Below are positions 26,746 to 36,044 of a DNA stretch of 64,000 nt, piece by piece. The stretch is from Parcubacteria group bacterium. GTDB lineage: Bacteria; Patescibacteriota; Minisyncoccia; 2-02-FULL-40-12. The position numbers and the translations under genes were made by a program. The stretch spans positions 11,470 through 75,469 of the forward strand of contig JACPLU010000002.1 of NCBI GenBank assembly GCA_016186395.1. The letters are read 5' to 3'. Each line of letters starts with the position of its first letter. Within the stretch, counting starts at the first letter, position 1. The notes beneath the pieces were generated by a model. That model was not told where the DNA came from. It saw only the letters and a list, made by a program, of their open reading frames with translations, and did not search any database.

Positions 26746-28298
26746 AAGCAATAATTCTAGCCAGAGTTTCTAAGGAAGATCAGCTTGAAGGGCAATCAAT
26801 ACCTGCCCAGCTTGCTCGTTCTCGACAATGGTGTAAAGACAAGAAACTCGTTATCAAAAGCGAATACCAGTTTGACGAGTCCTCAACCAAAGATCAGAGA
26901 AAAAAGTTTGAGAAAGTGATTGACGAGATCCGACAATCTAAAGAACCTATTGCTCTCGTAGTAGAAACGATTGACCGACTTCAAAGAAGTTTTAAGGAGT
27001 CCGTTATGTTGGACGAGTTTAGGAAAAGCGGAAAGCTGGAAATCCATTTCCTGCGAGAAGGTCTTGTCGTTAGCGATAAATCAAATAGCTCAGAGCTATT
27101 GCGTTGGGATATGGGTGTGATGTTCGCAAGGAGCTATGTTTTACAGCTCAGTGATAATGTTAAGCGAAGCATTGAGGGCAGACTACGAAACGGCCAATGG
27201 ATTGGTCGGCCACGTATGGGTTACATCAACATAACCAAAGAGGACGGAACTCGGGATATTGTTCAAGACCCCGAGCGAGCTCATTTCATACGCAAAATCT
27301 TTGAGTATTACATCGCAGGAACTTCTTTGAACTTGCTATCCAAGAGAATGAAAAAGGAAGGGTTCAGGAGTCCTCAAAATAAGACTGTGACCGCAGGCGG
27401 TATCCATCGAATACTAATGGACTCATTCTATTACGGAATAATGGTTGTTAAGGGCAAAGAGTATCCGCACCGCTACACGCCGATTATCTCTCGTGATACT
27501 TTTCTTAAGGCTCAAGAAATCAGAACAGGCTGGAAGAAAACGCCATACAAACACAAAAGTAAACCCTACGCTCTAAAAGGGATTATTAAATGTGCTATTT
27601 GCGGTTGCACGGTTACGCCAGAGTTTAAGAAAGGCAAATACATTCTTTACGCCTGCACAAATTACAAGAAGGTCCACGAGAAGAAAACCTATATCCCCGA
27701 AGCAGACCTGCTTAAAGCCGTTTATAAGGCCTTGAAGCCGCTTGAGTTGCCTCAGAACAAGATAGACAAGCTCGTAGAGGACCTGCGGACATACAGCGAA
27801 GCTAAGACCATCTATCACGATGAGGCTATTCGGACACTAGATCGTAAGTATGCCGAGAGCCAAATCAGAATTGATAAACTTTTGGACTTACTGCTAGCCA
27901 GTAGTATTACTCAAGAGATGTATGACACGAAGTTTAAGAAAGAAAAAGAATTGCAGACTGATATTCTCATCCAAAAAGAAGATCACACCAACGCCGATAA
28001 AGAGTTTCACATCACTGCTTCTACTGTATTAAACCTAGCAAAACGAGCAACCGAGATAATTAAGAGTTCGGAACCAGAAGAAAAAAGGCAATTTATGAGC
28101 TATCTACTTCAGAACTGCCAATTAAATGGCAGAAACCTAGAGTTTACCTTACGAAATCCCTTCAACTTGATAGCTAAATACTCTAGCTATCCCACATTGC
28201 AGCCCCGACGGGATTTGAACCCGTGTTGCAGGAATGAAAATCCTGTGTCCTGGACCAGGCTAGACGACAGGGCCATAACTTTAAAAATTTTACCCTAA
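26742..28298 (+). CDS. Large serine recombinase (integrase); last 31 codons run antisense through tRNA-Glu
   Basis: ILARVS catalytic motif, DRLQR, recombinase domain, CAICG...YAC zinc ribbon, coiled coil. Confidence 0.93.
   Translation: MKAIILARVSKEDQLEGQSIPAQLARSRQWCKDKKLVIKSEYQFDESSTKDQRKKFEKVIDEIRQSKEPIALVVETIDRLQRSFKESVMLDEFRKSGKLEIHFLREGLVVSDKSNSSELLRWDMGVMFARSYVLQLSDNVKRSIEGRLRNGQWIGRPRMGYINITKEDGTRDIVQDPERAHFIRKIFEYYIAGTSLNLLSKRMKKEGFRSPQNKTVTAGGIHRILMDSFYYGIMVVKGKEYPHRYTPIISRDTFLKAQEIRTGWKKTPYKHKSKPYALKGIIKCAICGCTVTPEFKKGKYILYACTNYKKVHEKKTYIPEADLLKAVYKALKPLELPQNKIDKLVEDLRTYSEAKTIYHDEAIRTLDRKYAESQIRIDKLLDLLLASSITQEMYDTKFKKEKELQTDILIQKEDHTNADKEFHITASTVLNLAKRATEIIKSSEPEEKRQFMSYLLQNCQLNGRNLEFTLRNPFNLIAKYSSYPTLQPRRDLNPCCRNENPVSWTRLDDRAITLKILP
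28200..28274 (-). tRNA. tRNA-Glu(TTC), integration target
   Basis: GGCCCTG acceptor, CAGGA-TT-TTC-AT-TCCTG anticodon arm, GGTTCAAATCC; now followed by CAA. Confidence 0.93.
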
Positions 28299-28316
28299 AA
28301 ATTGAAAAAAAACAAT

Positions 28317-28356
28317 CCTTCGACAGGTTCAGGATTGTCCTGAACTTGTTGAAGGA
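28317..28356. repeat. REP-like palindrome (cttcgacaggctcagg family)
   Basis: tccttcgacaggttcaggattgtcctgaacttgttgaagga. Confidence 0.65.
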
Positions 28357-28381
28357 CAATAAAAATGGTACTTTAATATCC

Positions 28382-29602
28382 GTGAAAATTTTAGGCATTG
28401 AAACCTCTTGTGACGAGACCTCAATTGCATTACTAGAGATTCACGGCACAACCTGCCGTGTAATTTCAAATATCGTTTCTTCTCAAGTGGAAATCCACTC
28501 CCCTTTTGGTGGAGTTGTGCCTCATCTTGCAAATAGAGAACATCAAAAAAACCTTGTCCCGGTTCTTCTAAAAACACTTGGAGAAGAAAGATTAATAAAT
28601 TCAAAAATTCAATTCAAAATTCAAAAATTAAACAAAATACTAGAACGCGAGCCAGAACTACTAAAACAATTCAAAAAATACATTCTTCCACTTGAGACGC
28701 CAAAAATCGACCTGATCGCAATAACGTCTGGGCCAGGACTTGAACCAGCATTATGGGTTGGCATAAATTTCGCCAAAGCCCTGGCTCATTTATGGAACAA
28801 GCCTCTCATTGGCATAAATCATATGAAAGGCCATATTTATTCCAATTGGCTAAAACCAGTTGGAATAAAGTTTGAATTAAAAAATCCTAATATCAAATTC
28901 CCAGTTTTAAATCTTATCGTCTCCGGTGGCCATACTATGCTCGTATTAATGAGAGGACATAATAAATACAAAGTTTTAGGCGAAACTCTCGACGATGCGG
29001 CCGGAGAGGCTTTTGACAAGGTGGCTAAAATGTTAAACCTTGGATACCCAGGTGGACCCATAATTTCAAAGCTGGCTGAAAAAGGTAATGAAAAAACTTT
29101 TGACTTACCGAGGCCAATGTTAAAAACTAAGGACTATAACTTTAGTTTTTCCGGCCTTAAAACAGCAGTTCTGTACACACTAAAAGACCTTAAACTTAAA
29201 ACTTACAATTTAAAACTTAAAAGTGACATTGCCGCATCTTTTCAACAGGCTGCAGTAGACGTATTGGTTCAAAAGACTTTAAGGGCCGCAGAAAAATATA
29301 GAATAAAAACAATTTTATTATCTGGTGGGGTCTCTGCAAACAAAAAGTTACGCTACGAACTTGAAACTAATATAAAAAAACGGTATCCAAAAATAAACTA
29401 TAACCAACCGTTACTGGAATATACAGGAGACAACGCGGCAATGATTGCTTTAGCCGGGTATTTTTCCTTCCCGGACGGATCCGTTTTGAACGGAAGCTAC
29501 CAAAAAAATAAATCCCGCACCTTTTCTACACAAAAGGTGCGGGATAAAAAATCGGCTCAACCTCCAGTTATTAGAGCCGATGCAAGAATGAAATTTGTTT
29601 GA
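28382..29602 (+). CDS. tsaD: tRNA N6-adenosine threonylcarbamoyltransferase
   Basis: GTG start, ILGIETSCDET; GPGL; H..GH; VSGGHT; DDAAGEAFDK; DNAAMIA. Confidence 0.96.
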   Translation: MKILGIETSCDETSIALLEIHGTTCRVISNIVSSQVEIHSPFGGVVPHLANREHQKNLVPVLLKTLGEERLINSKIQFKIQKLNKILEREPELLKQFKKYILPLETPKIDLIAITSGPGLEPALWVGINFAKALAHLWNKPLIGINHMKGHIYSNWLKPVGIKFELKNPNIKFPVLNLIVSGGHTMLVLMRGHNKYKVLGETLDDAAGEAFDKVAKMLNLGYPGGPIISKLAEKGNEKTFDLPRPMLKTKDYNFSFSGLKTAVLYTLKDLKLKTYNLKLKSDIAASFQQAAVDVLVQKTLRAAEKYRIKTILLSGGVSANKKLRYELETNIKKRYPKINYNQPLLEYTGDNAAMIALAGYFSFPDGSVLNGSYQKNKSRTFSTQKVRDKKSAQPPVIRADARMKFV

Positions 29603-29611
29603 GTTCTACGG

Positions 29612-29956
29612 CTAAATATACACCCTGCAATCAGTACAGATTAGCGCCCACATCTTTTTATCCCACTGTCCCACTAAAAATTTGTGGCATTTCCAGCATC
29701 GAAAAAGGTAGAACCGATTTAAACTTTCAGAACCAACTGGTTTATACTTTCCTAGATAAACCTTTTTTCTTAGTCCCATCCTAAGAAGCCAAAAATGATA
29801 CGCATGCGCTTTCTCATAAAATAAATAGTCTTCAAAATTACTAATACTTCTTTCCGATATAGTATCAATTATTATTGGAAAACCATGTTTATCATCAGCA
29901 ATATATTTATACCTTTCATTAATCTCTAATTCTCGAATTTCTTCTTCAACATTCAT
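29612..29956 (-). CDS. Hypothetical protein with two CxxC motifs
   Basis: CWKC...CTDC. Confidence 0.5.
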   Translation of the reverse strand: MNVEEEIRELEINERYKYIADDKHGFPIIIDTISERSISNFEDYLFYEKAHAYHFWLLRMGLRKKVYLGKYKPVGSESLNRFYLFRCWKCHKFLVGQWDKKMWALICTDCRVYI

Positions 29957-30029
29957 TTGGGCATCCTCATTCCATTTTTGTTAAGATATCTGATATTATA
30001 AGCTTAATAAAAACAACATAAAAATCAAT

Positions 30030-32339
30030 ATGGAGCTAGAAAAAACTTATAACCACAAAAGTGTAGAGGATCGAATTTACAAGCTCTGGGAAGAAAGCGG
30101 TTTTTTTACGCCCGAAAACTTGCCTCCACGACAAAATCAGAATGAACAAAAACCTGCCTCCGCCGAGGCTATGGCAAGGCAAAGAAAATTCGTAACCTGT
30201 ATTGCTCCCCCAAATATAACTGGCGAGCTTCATTTAGGTCATACACTCCAATTAACCTTGCAAGACATTATTGTCCGCATGAAACGTATGCAAGGATATA
30301 TAACACTTTGGGTTCCGGGCATTGATCATGCAGGTATCGGCGCTCAAAACATAGTTGAAAAACAGCTTGCTAAAGAAGGTATTAAACGCCAAGATTTAGG
30401 CCGAGAAAAGTTTTTAGAGCGCATGTGGCAATGGAAAGAAAAATACGGAAATGCCATTATGGATCAATTTAAAAAACTAGGTATTTCAGCTGACTGGACA
30501 CGTTTAAGATTTACTATGGACGATCAATACCAGGAAGCAGTAAAAAAAGCGTTCCAACATTTTTATGAAAAAGATTGGATTTATAAAGGAGAGCGAGTAG
30601 TCAATTGGTGTCCGCGATGCGCTTCTTCAATTTCCGACCTTGAAGTAAATTATGTTCCCGAAGCCGGAAAACTATATTTCATAAAATACGGACCGTTTAT
30701 TGTTGCTACTACCAGACCAGAAACAAGACTTGGTGATACTGGATTGGCTGTTCATCCTGAAGATGCGCGCTACAAGAATTATGTGAATAAAGAAATTGAA
30801 GTTGAAACGATTGACAATGAAATACCAGCTGACCAACCACCGAAAATAAAAAAAATAAAACTGCCAATGATAACTGACTCTAGTGTTGACAAAGAATTCG
30901 GCACCGGAATTGTTAAAGTGACTCCGGCTCATGATCTAACTGACTTTGAGATCGGCCAGCGCAACAACCTTCTCTCAATAATAGTTATAGACGAGCACAC
31001 ACGGATGAATGAAAACTCCGGACTTCGCTATAGGGGTCTTAAAACAAAAGAAGCTCGGGAACAAATAGTAAAAGATTTGGAAACCCTTGGCCTAATTGAA
31101 AAAATCGAAAACTATAACCACAATATTGGGCGATGTGACCGATGCAACAGCGTGATTGAACCACTTCTATCCAAACAGTGGTTTTTCAAAATGGAAACAC
31201 CAAAACAGCTGGCGCTTGAAGCCATTGATACAGGTCAGATAAAATTTCACCCGGCGCGTTGGGCAACCCCCTATCGAGATTGGCTTAAAAATCTTCGAGA
31301 TTGGAATATCTCACGACAACTTTGGTGGGGACACCAACTGCCAGTTTATTTTTGCAAAAATAAACTGGCAGAAGTAAAAAATCAAAAATCAAAAGTCAAA
31401 AATAATAATGAAGAATTCTTTATAATTTCGGAAAACAAACCAAAACAATGCCCTATTTGTAAAGATTGTGAAATGCGTCAATCCGAGGATGTATTAGATA
31501 CCTGGTTTTCTTCTGCTCTTTGGCCATTTGCAACGCTAGGCTGGCCCACCTCCGCTCCTCCTTCGTCAGCGACTTCGGACGGACACAGTAAAGCTACGGT
31601 GGGTAAACCAAACAAAAAAACAAAAAGTGATTTTGAAGAATACTACCCGACAGATTTGATAGTCAGTGCAAGAGACATTCTTTATCTTTGGATCGTAAGA
31701 ATGATCTTTTCTGGAATGGAACTTACAAAAAAAGTTCCGTTCAAAGATATCCTAATACATGCAACCGTTCTTACTAAAGACGGGAAACGTATGTCAAAAT
31801 CTCTTGGAACAGGAATTAATCCGCTTGAGTTGACTGAAAAATACGGAACTGACGCTTTAAGATTCGGACTTGCTTCACAAGCTTCTGAATTACAAGATAT
31901 ACGCTTTGGAGAAGATACATTAATTATGGGAAAAAAGTTTGCTAACAAACTGTGGAATATATCCCGATACGTTATAACAAAAATGAAACATGAAACATGG
32001 AATATGGAACATCAGCTTCCAAACTCTAAACATCCGATTTTACAAAGAATGAACAGTGTCACGGCCGAAGTGACCGAACAGATTGAAAATTATAACTTTG
32101 CTGAAGCGGCTAATACTTTATACCGTTTCATTTGGCACGAATTTGCAGACAAGTATATTGAAGAAAGTAAAAACAAAGACGATCAAGAAACCAAAGACAC
32201 CCTTGCTTACCTTCTTTTAACCTCACTTAAACTTCTTCACCCTTTTATGCCATTTTTAACCGAAGAGATCTACGGTATAATTCAAGGAGGAGCAAACCCG
32301 AAGAATATGCTTCTGGTCCAATCCTGGCCAACTAGTTAA
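30030..32339 (+). CDS. valS: Valyl-tRNA synthetase (no C-terminal coiled coil)
   Basis: PPNITGELHLGH; DHAGI; WNISRQLWWGH; DVLDTWFSS; RMSKS. Confidence 0.96.
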   Translation: MELEKTYNHKSVEDRIYKLWEESGFFTPENLPPRQNQNEQKPASAEAMARQRKFVTCIAPPNITGELHLGHTLQLTLQDIIVRMKRMQGYITLWVPGIDHAGIGAQNIVEKQLAKEGIKRQDLGREKFLERMWQWKEKYGNAIMDQFKKLGISADWTRLRFTMDDQYQEAVKKAFQHFYEKDWIYKGERVVNWCPRCASSISDLEVNYVPEAGKLYFIKYGPFIVATTRPETRLGDTGLAVHPEDARYKNYVNKEIEVETIDNEIPADQPPKIKKIKLPMITDSSVDKEFGTGIVKVTPAHDLTDFEIGQRNNLLSIIVIDEHTRMNENSGLRYRGLKTKEAREQIVKDLETLGLIEKIENYNHNIGRCDRCNSVIEPLLSKQWFFKMETPKQLALEAIDTGQIKFHPARWATPYRDWLKNLRDWNISRQLWWGHQLPVYFCKNKLAEVKNQKSKVKNNNEEFFIISENKPKQCPICKDCEMRQSEDVLDTWFSSALWPFATLGWPTSAPPSSATSDGHSKATVGKPNKKTKSDFEEYYPTDLIVSARDILYLWIVRMIFSGMELTKKVPFKDILIHATVLTKDGKRMSKSLGTGINPLELTEKYGTDALRFGLASQASELQDIRFGEDTLIMGKKFANKLWNISRYVITKMKHETWNMEHQLPNSKHPILQRMNSVTAEVTEQIENYNFAEAANTLYRFIWHEFADKYIEESKNKDDQETKDTLAYLLLTSLKLLHPFMPFLTEEIYGIIQGGANPKNMLLVQSWPTS

Positions 32340-32372
32340 ATTTTAGACCACTCGCTGTGGCCTTAGAAAAAA

Positions 32373-33107
32373 ATTCCCAACTCTCCCCTACAAATAGGCG
32401 TTTTAATAGCACTAGGGTTTATACCAAGCTTAATTTGGCTTCTTTTATTTATAAGGGAAGACTCCAAACATCCCGAACCAAAATACTTAATCAGCAGAAC
32501 TTTTCTTTTCGGAATTATAGTAGCTCCGTTAGTAGTATTTTTCCAATGGCTTGGTTGTAACTTATTAAGTAGCATAGCTCATGTAAACGGTTGCAACGAA
32601 CTTTCTCAAAACCTAACATTTATTTTTCTGGGGTTTGCCGCGTTTATTGAAGAATATTTTAAATATTGGGTGGTTAAAGTCACGGTTCTTAACAGGTCAG
32701 ACTTTGATGAACCGATTGACGCAATGATTTATATGATTACTGCCGCCGTCGGATTTGCTGCAATAGAGAACATACTGGTTTTATTTAACGTTATTCCTAA
32801 TGGCATAGAACAAACCCTAAGCACCTGGATTTTAAGATTCACCGGCGCAACTTTGCTTCATGTTTTAGCTTCAGCCATCATTGGATACTTTCTTGCCATT
32901 TCATGGTTCTGGCACAATCACCGCAAAAAGTTGCTTACATTAGGAATTGTCGTAGCAACTCTAATCCATCTTGGATTTAATTTCTCAATTTTAAGCGGTA
33001 ATTATCTTGGAGGGAATCTTTTAGGTCTTATGATTATAGGTATTTTTGTTCTTGTATTTTTCCACAAGCTAAAAGTACTTGTCCCCCATCAGACATCAGA
33101 GGGTTAA
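32373..33107 (+). CDS. prsW: PrsW family intramembrane protease (frame open from 32367; putative ATT start)
   Basis: PSLIWL...D..HPEP; AAFIEEYFK; FDEPID...GFAAIEN; H motifs. Confidence 0.8.
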   Translation: MPNSPLQIGVLIALGFIPSLIWLLLFIREDSKHPEPKYLISRTFLFGIIVAPLVVFFQWLGCNLLSSIAHVNGCNELSQNLTFIFLGFAAFIEEYFKYWVVKVTVLNRSDFDEPIDAMIYMITAAVGFAAIENILVLFNVIPNGIEQTLSTWILRFTGATLLHVLASAIIGYFLAISWFWHNHRKKLLTLGIVVATLIHLGFNFSILSGNYLGGNLLGLMIIGIFVLVFFHKLKVLVPHQTSEG

Positions 33108-33153
33108 GATATCCCCATCCCCTACTGTCCATATATTGGTATAATAAATTTAT

Positions 33154-33579
33154 ATGAACACAGACGAAATTATTCCAGAACTCGAACAAGTTTCCGAACC
33201 TATTGCCCAACTTTCGGTACAGAAAACTAAACCCAAAAAGGAAAAGACAATTGAAGGTACTTTAACAGTTGATGTATATCAAACTGATTCAGACGTTGTT
33301 ATTCAATCTACAATAGCCGGTACCAAAGGAGAAAATTTAGATATATCAATCACTAACGACATGGTTACGATTAAAGGCGTTCGTGAATCAGATAACCAAA
33401 TAGATCCAAACCAATATTATTATCAAGAACTTTTTTGGGGGCCATTTTCCAGATCAATTATACTTCCAGAAGAAATTGATGCCGACAAAGCAACAGCTGT
33501 TTACAAAAACGGCATACTAAATATTACCTTGCCTAAGTTATCAAAAACCCGAGAAAAAAAGTTAAGGGTTTCTAGTTGA
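33154..33579 (+). CDS. Hsp20/alpha-crystallin small heat-shock protein
   Basis: VDVYQT...DMVTIKG.R...E.FWGPFSRSIILP...A.YKNGIL.I.LPK. Confidence 0.92.
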   Translation: MNTDEIIPELEQVSEPIAQLSVQKTKPKKEKTIEGTLTVDVYQTDSDVVIQSTIAGTKGENLDISITNDMVTIKGVRESDNQIDPNQYYYQELFWGPFSRSIILPEEIDADKATAVYKNGILNITLPKLSKTREKKLRVSS

Positions 33580-33632
33580 TTAATTTATAAATTAAGAGTT
33601 GCCTACTAATACTAAGTGTATTTAGGTATAAC

Positions 33633-33875
33633 TTACTCGTTATAAAAATAAGGCATTAGTTCTGATTCAGAAATGTATTTTGATGCTTGATTAAAAATCG
33701 CCCGAAGAGTTCCTTTGTCTAACTCTTTGTGATTCGGAATTGTTAAAGTTTGATTAATTTTGTTTATAATTCTTCGAAGTTTAACATGACTACCCCTTTC
33801 AGAAATTACGGCAAAATTAAAAGACTCAAGAATCTTTACCACGTCTTCACCTGATAAGACTTTGAGTCTAGGCAT
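33633..33875 (-). CDS. hicA: HicA family toxin
   Basis: RGSHVKL...TIPNHKELDKGTLRAI. Confidence 0.9.
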   Translation of the reverse strand: MPRLKVLSGEDVVKILESFNFAVISERGSHVKLRRIINKINQTLTIPNHKELDKGTLRAIFNQASKYISESELMPYFYNE

Positions 33876-34092
33876 TAATCTGAGGAAGTTCAAAATTCAT
33901 TAAAACAGATGGATTGGGAGCAATATCAAAATCGGCAGGATTCTCACCTTCTAAATGTAGTTCTACAGCTTCTCTTATATTTTCAGCTAATTCATCAAGG
34001 GTTTTACCCTGGGTAACTATAGGCAAATCAGCTCCTTCAGCGATATAGTATTTATCACCTTTAGAAATGTGAAATTGGATTATTTTCTTCAT
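33868..34092 (-). CDS. hicB: HicB family antitoxin
   Basis: Y.AE..DLP.VTQGKTLDEL.ENIREAVELHL; the ORF-track N-terminal extension is antisense tRNA. Confidence 0.88.
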   Translation of the reverse strand: MKKIIQFHISKGDKYYIAEGADLPIVTQGKTLDELAENIREAVELHLEGENPADFDIAPNPSVLMNFELPQINA

Positions 34093-34221
34093 AATAAGTC
34101 TATTATACCCGTTCAAACCCGAATTTACAATATTTAGTTCGGATCCACTAAAAATCCTGATTTTGCTTAGAAAAATGTTACGGCTTACAACATATGACTT
34201 TTTAACTTGCAATTTCCTCAA

Positions 34222-34305
34222 TGCCTTGGGAGAGACTCGAACTCTCACTCCCTTACGGGAACTAGGTCCTAAACCTAGCGCGTCTTCCGATTCCGCCACC
34301 AAGGC
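34222..34305 (-). tRNA. tRNA-Leu(TAG)
   Basis: GCCTTGG acceptor, CTAGG-TT-TAG-GA-CCTAG anticodon arm, long variable arm. Confidence 0.95.
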
Positions 34306-34338
34306 ATTCACTAACATGGCGATAAATTTGCCAACCTG

Positions 34339-34375
34339 CCCCTCACCAGACAAGTTCAACTTGTCTGGTGAGGGG
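34339..34375. repeat. 37-bp palindrome
   Basis: cccctcaccagacaagtt-c-aacttgtctggtgagggg. Confidence 0.8.
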
Positions 34376-34397
34376 TTTCGCCACCCCAGCGAATTAA

Positions 34398-34970
34398 CTA
34401 TAAAGTATCATAAAGCTCCTTTTTATAAAAATAAGTGGTCACATTGAAAATTCTTTCTTTTTTTATCAATTTTAACGAGGGAGCTAAATTGGTATCTAAT
34501 GGATAGCTACAACTTATAATTACAGCCCCTGGTTTTAGTTGGGTTTCAATTTTAACCATCAACTTTTGTACAATTTCCGGAAAAAGATAAATGAAAACCA
34601 CATCGGCTTTGGTTAAGTCTGCACTCAAAAGATTTTTTCTCAAAACTTGCGCTTTATACTTTAAACCGGCAAGACGATTAAAAAACCGCGATTCCCAAAA
34701 ATACCAAGGCGAAAGTTCATAACCAATTGCTTGATTAAAACCTGATCTTACTGCTTCTCTCAAAACCCGCCCGTCTCCGCTTCCAAGATCAATTAAAATT
34801 CTTTTAGTTACTGATGTTGAATTTAAAATATCCTTTAAAACCTTTTTTGGAATAGGCACAAAACCCGATCCAATAAAACTAGAAAACGTCATTGATAAAA
34901 ACCAGATAAGAATAACAGCCAAAATAATAAACCCCAATAAATAAACTCCAAAAAAGACAAGCAAACTCAT
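34398..34970 (-). CDS. Membrane-anchored class I SAM-dependent methyltransferase
   Basis: IDLGSGDGRV; GYELSP; ADVVFIYL; LKPGA. Confidence 0.85.
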   Translation of the reverse strand: MSLLVFFGVYLLGFIILAVILIWFLSMTFSSFIGSGFVPIPKKVLKDILNSTSVTKRILIDLGSGDGRVLREAVRSGFNQAIGYELSPWYFWESRFFNRLAGLKYKAQVLRKNLLSADLTKADVVFIYLFPEIVQKLMVKIETQLKPGAVIISCSYPLDTNLAPSLKLIKKERIFNVTTYFYKKELYDTL

Positions 34971-35043
34971 TAAATATATATTATAACTAACTCCTCTATA
35001 ACAAAAACGCCGTTAAAGACGTTTTTGTTTTTTAGGATGAATC

Positions 35044-35445
35044 CTAAATCCTTCCAGTCGTTAGAATACTGGCAATTGTTCGTAATATTACCCCCACCCC
35101 CAGTACAATGACTGCGCCAATAATGCCGTTTTTGATTCTGGTTTTGGCAGAAGTCAGTTTTGTACTATCCGAGCCGGCGTTCATATACATAATCCCGCCC
35201 CAAATAATAAAGGTTATTGTAATTAAAACAGAAAGACTAATAAGGTATCTACCAATTGTTTCAATAATTATACTTACATCGTTAAGGGTAAATGCCCTGC
35301 CTTCGGGAATGGGAATTGTGTCAAAACAACCAATACCCAAAGGACAAAAGGCAGACGCCGAACCAGAAAACAAAAACAGCCATCCTAAACTAATTAGTAT
35401 TAATACTAATAAATAGTTCTGTTTTTTTATTTTAGCCAAAAACAT
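35044..35445 (-). CDS. TrbC/VirB2-like pilin
   Basis: IIWGGIMYM.AG.D...AK.RIKNGIIGAVIVLG. Confidence 0.8.
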   Translation of the reverse strand: MFLAKIKKQNYLLVLILISLGWLFLFSGSASAFCPLGIGCFDTIPIPEGRAFTLNDVSIIIETIGRYLISLSVLITITFIIWGGIMYMNAGSDSTKLTSAKTRIKNGIIGAVIVLGVGVILRTIASILTTGRI

Positions 35446-35485
35446 AACCTTGAGTTTAACAAATTAATACTAAATTATATCGTAA

Positions 35486-35935
35486 TTATATCGTACCTGT
35501 AGTAAGGAAAGCCGCAATGGTTCTAAGAAGAACCCCCACTCCCAAAACAATGACTGCGCCGATAATACCGTTTTTGATTCTGGTTTTGGCACCGCCTTGC
35601 TTTTTTTCATCAGAACCAGATGCCATATACATAATCCCGCCCCAAATAATATAAACTATGGCTATGGTTACAGATAAAACAATGGCATACTGTCCAATCC
35701 TCTGAATCAAATCTACTAAAAATGTTAACTTAAAAGTTCCACCCGTAGCACCTTCTGCTCCCTGACAAGTCAAAAGACATTCAGTACGAGCGGTGCCAAC
35801 CATGTCATTACAACTAGTACAAGGCACGACGGCTCGGACACTTAAAGCCAGGCCGAAAAACAATACAAACATCAGTACGGCAACAGCTGAATAACGAACT
35901 TTAAAACGATTAATATTTTTTAATAATTTTTGCAT
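35486..35935 (-). CDS. TrbC/VirB2-like pilin
   Basis: IIWGGIMYMASG...AKTRIKNGIIGAVIVLG. Confidence 0.8.
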   Translation of the reverse strand: MQKLLKNINRFKVRYSAVAVLMFVLFFGLALSVRAVVPCTSCNDMVGTARTECLLTCQGAEGATGGTFKLTFLVDLIQRIGQYAIVLSVTIAIVYIIWGGIMYMASGSDEKKQGGAKTRIKNGIIGAVIVLGVGVLLRTIAAFLTTGTI

Positions 35936-36044
35936 AATAATTTTATTTATGTACTTTATTTTTTTAACACTCGACCCATCCCCTTTTGAATCAGGAGAAA
36001 TTTAAATTTTAAAACGAACTTGATCTAAATTCTAAAATTAATTT

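Larger units (their letters stand above)
17769..28202. mobile_element. ~10.4-kb integrative element inserted in the 3' end of tRNA-Glu
   Basis: GCAG core at 17769-17772 and 28199-28202; joining the flanks restores a tRNA-Glu ending in CCA; encodes serine recombinase, Rep, HTH and retron. Confidence 0.85.

Noticed and set aside
34093-34359. N-terminal extension of the 163-aa HicB ORF
   Set aside because: It overlaps tRNA-Leu and a palindrome; HicB homology starts at Met 34092.
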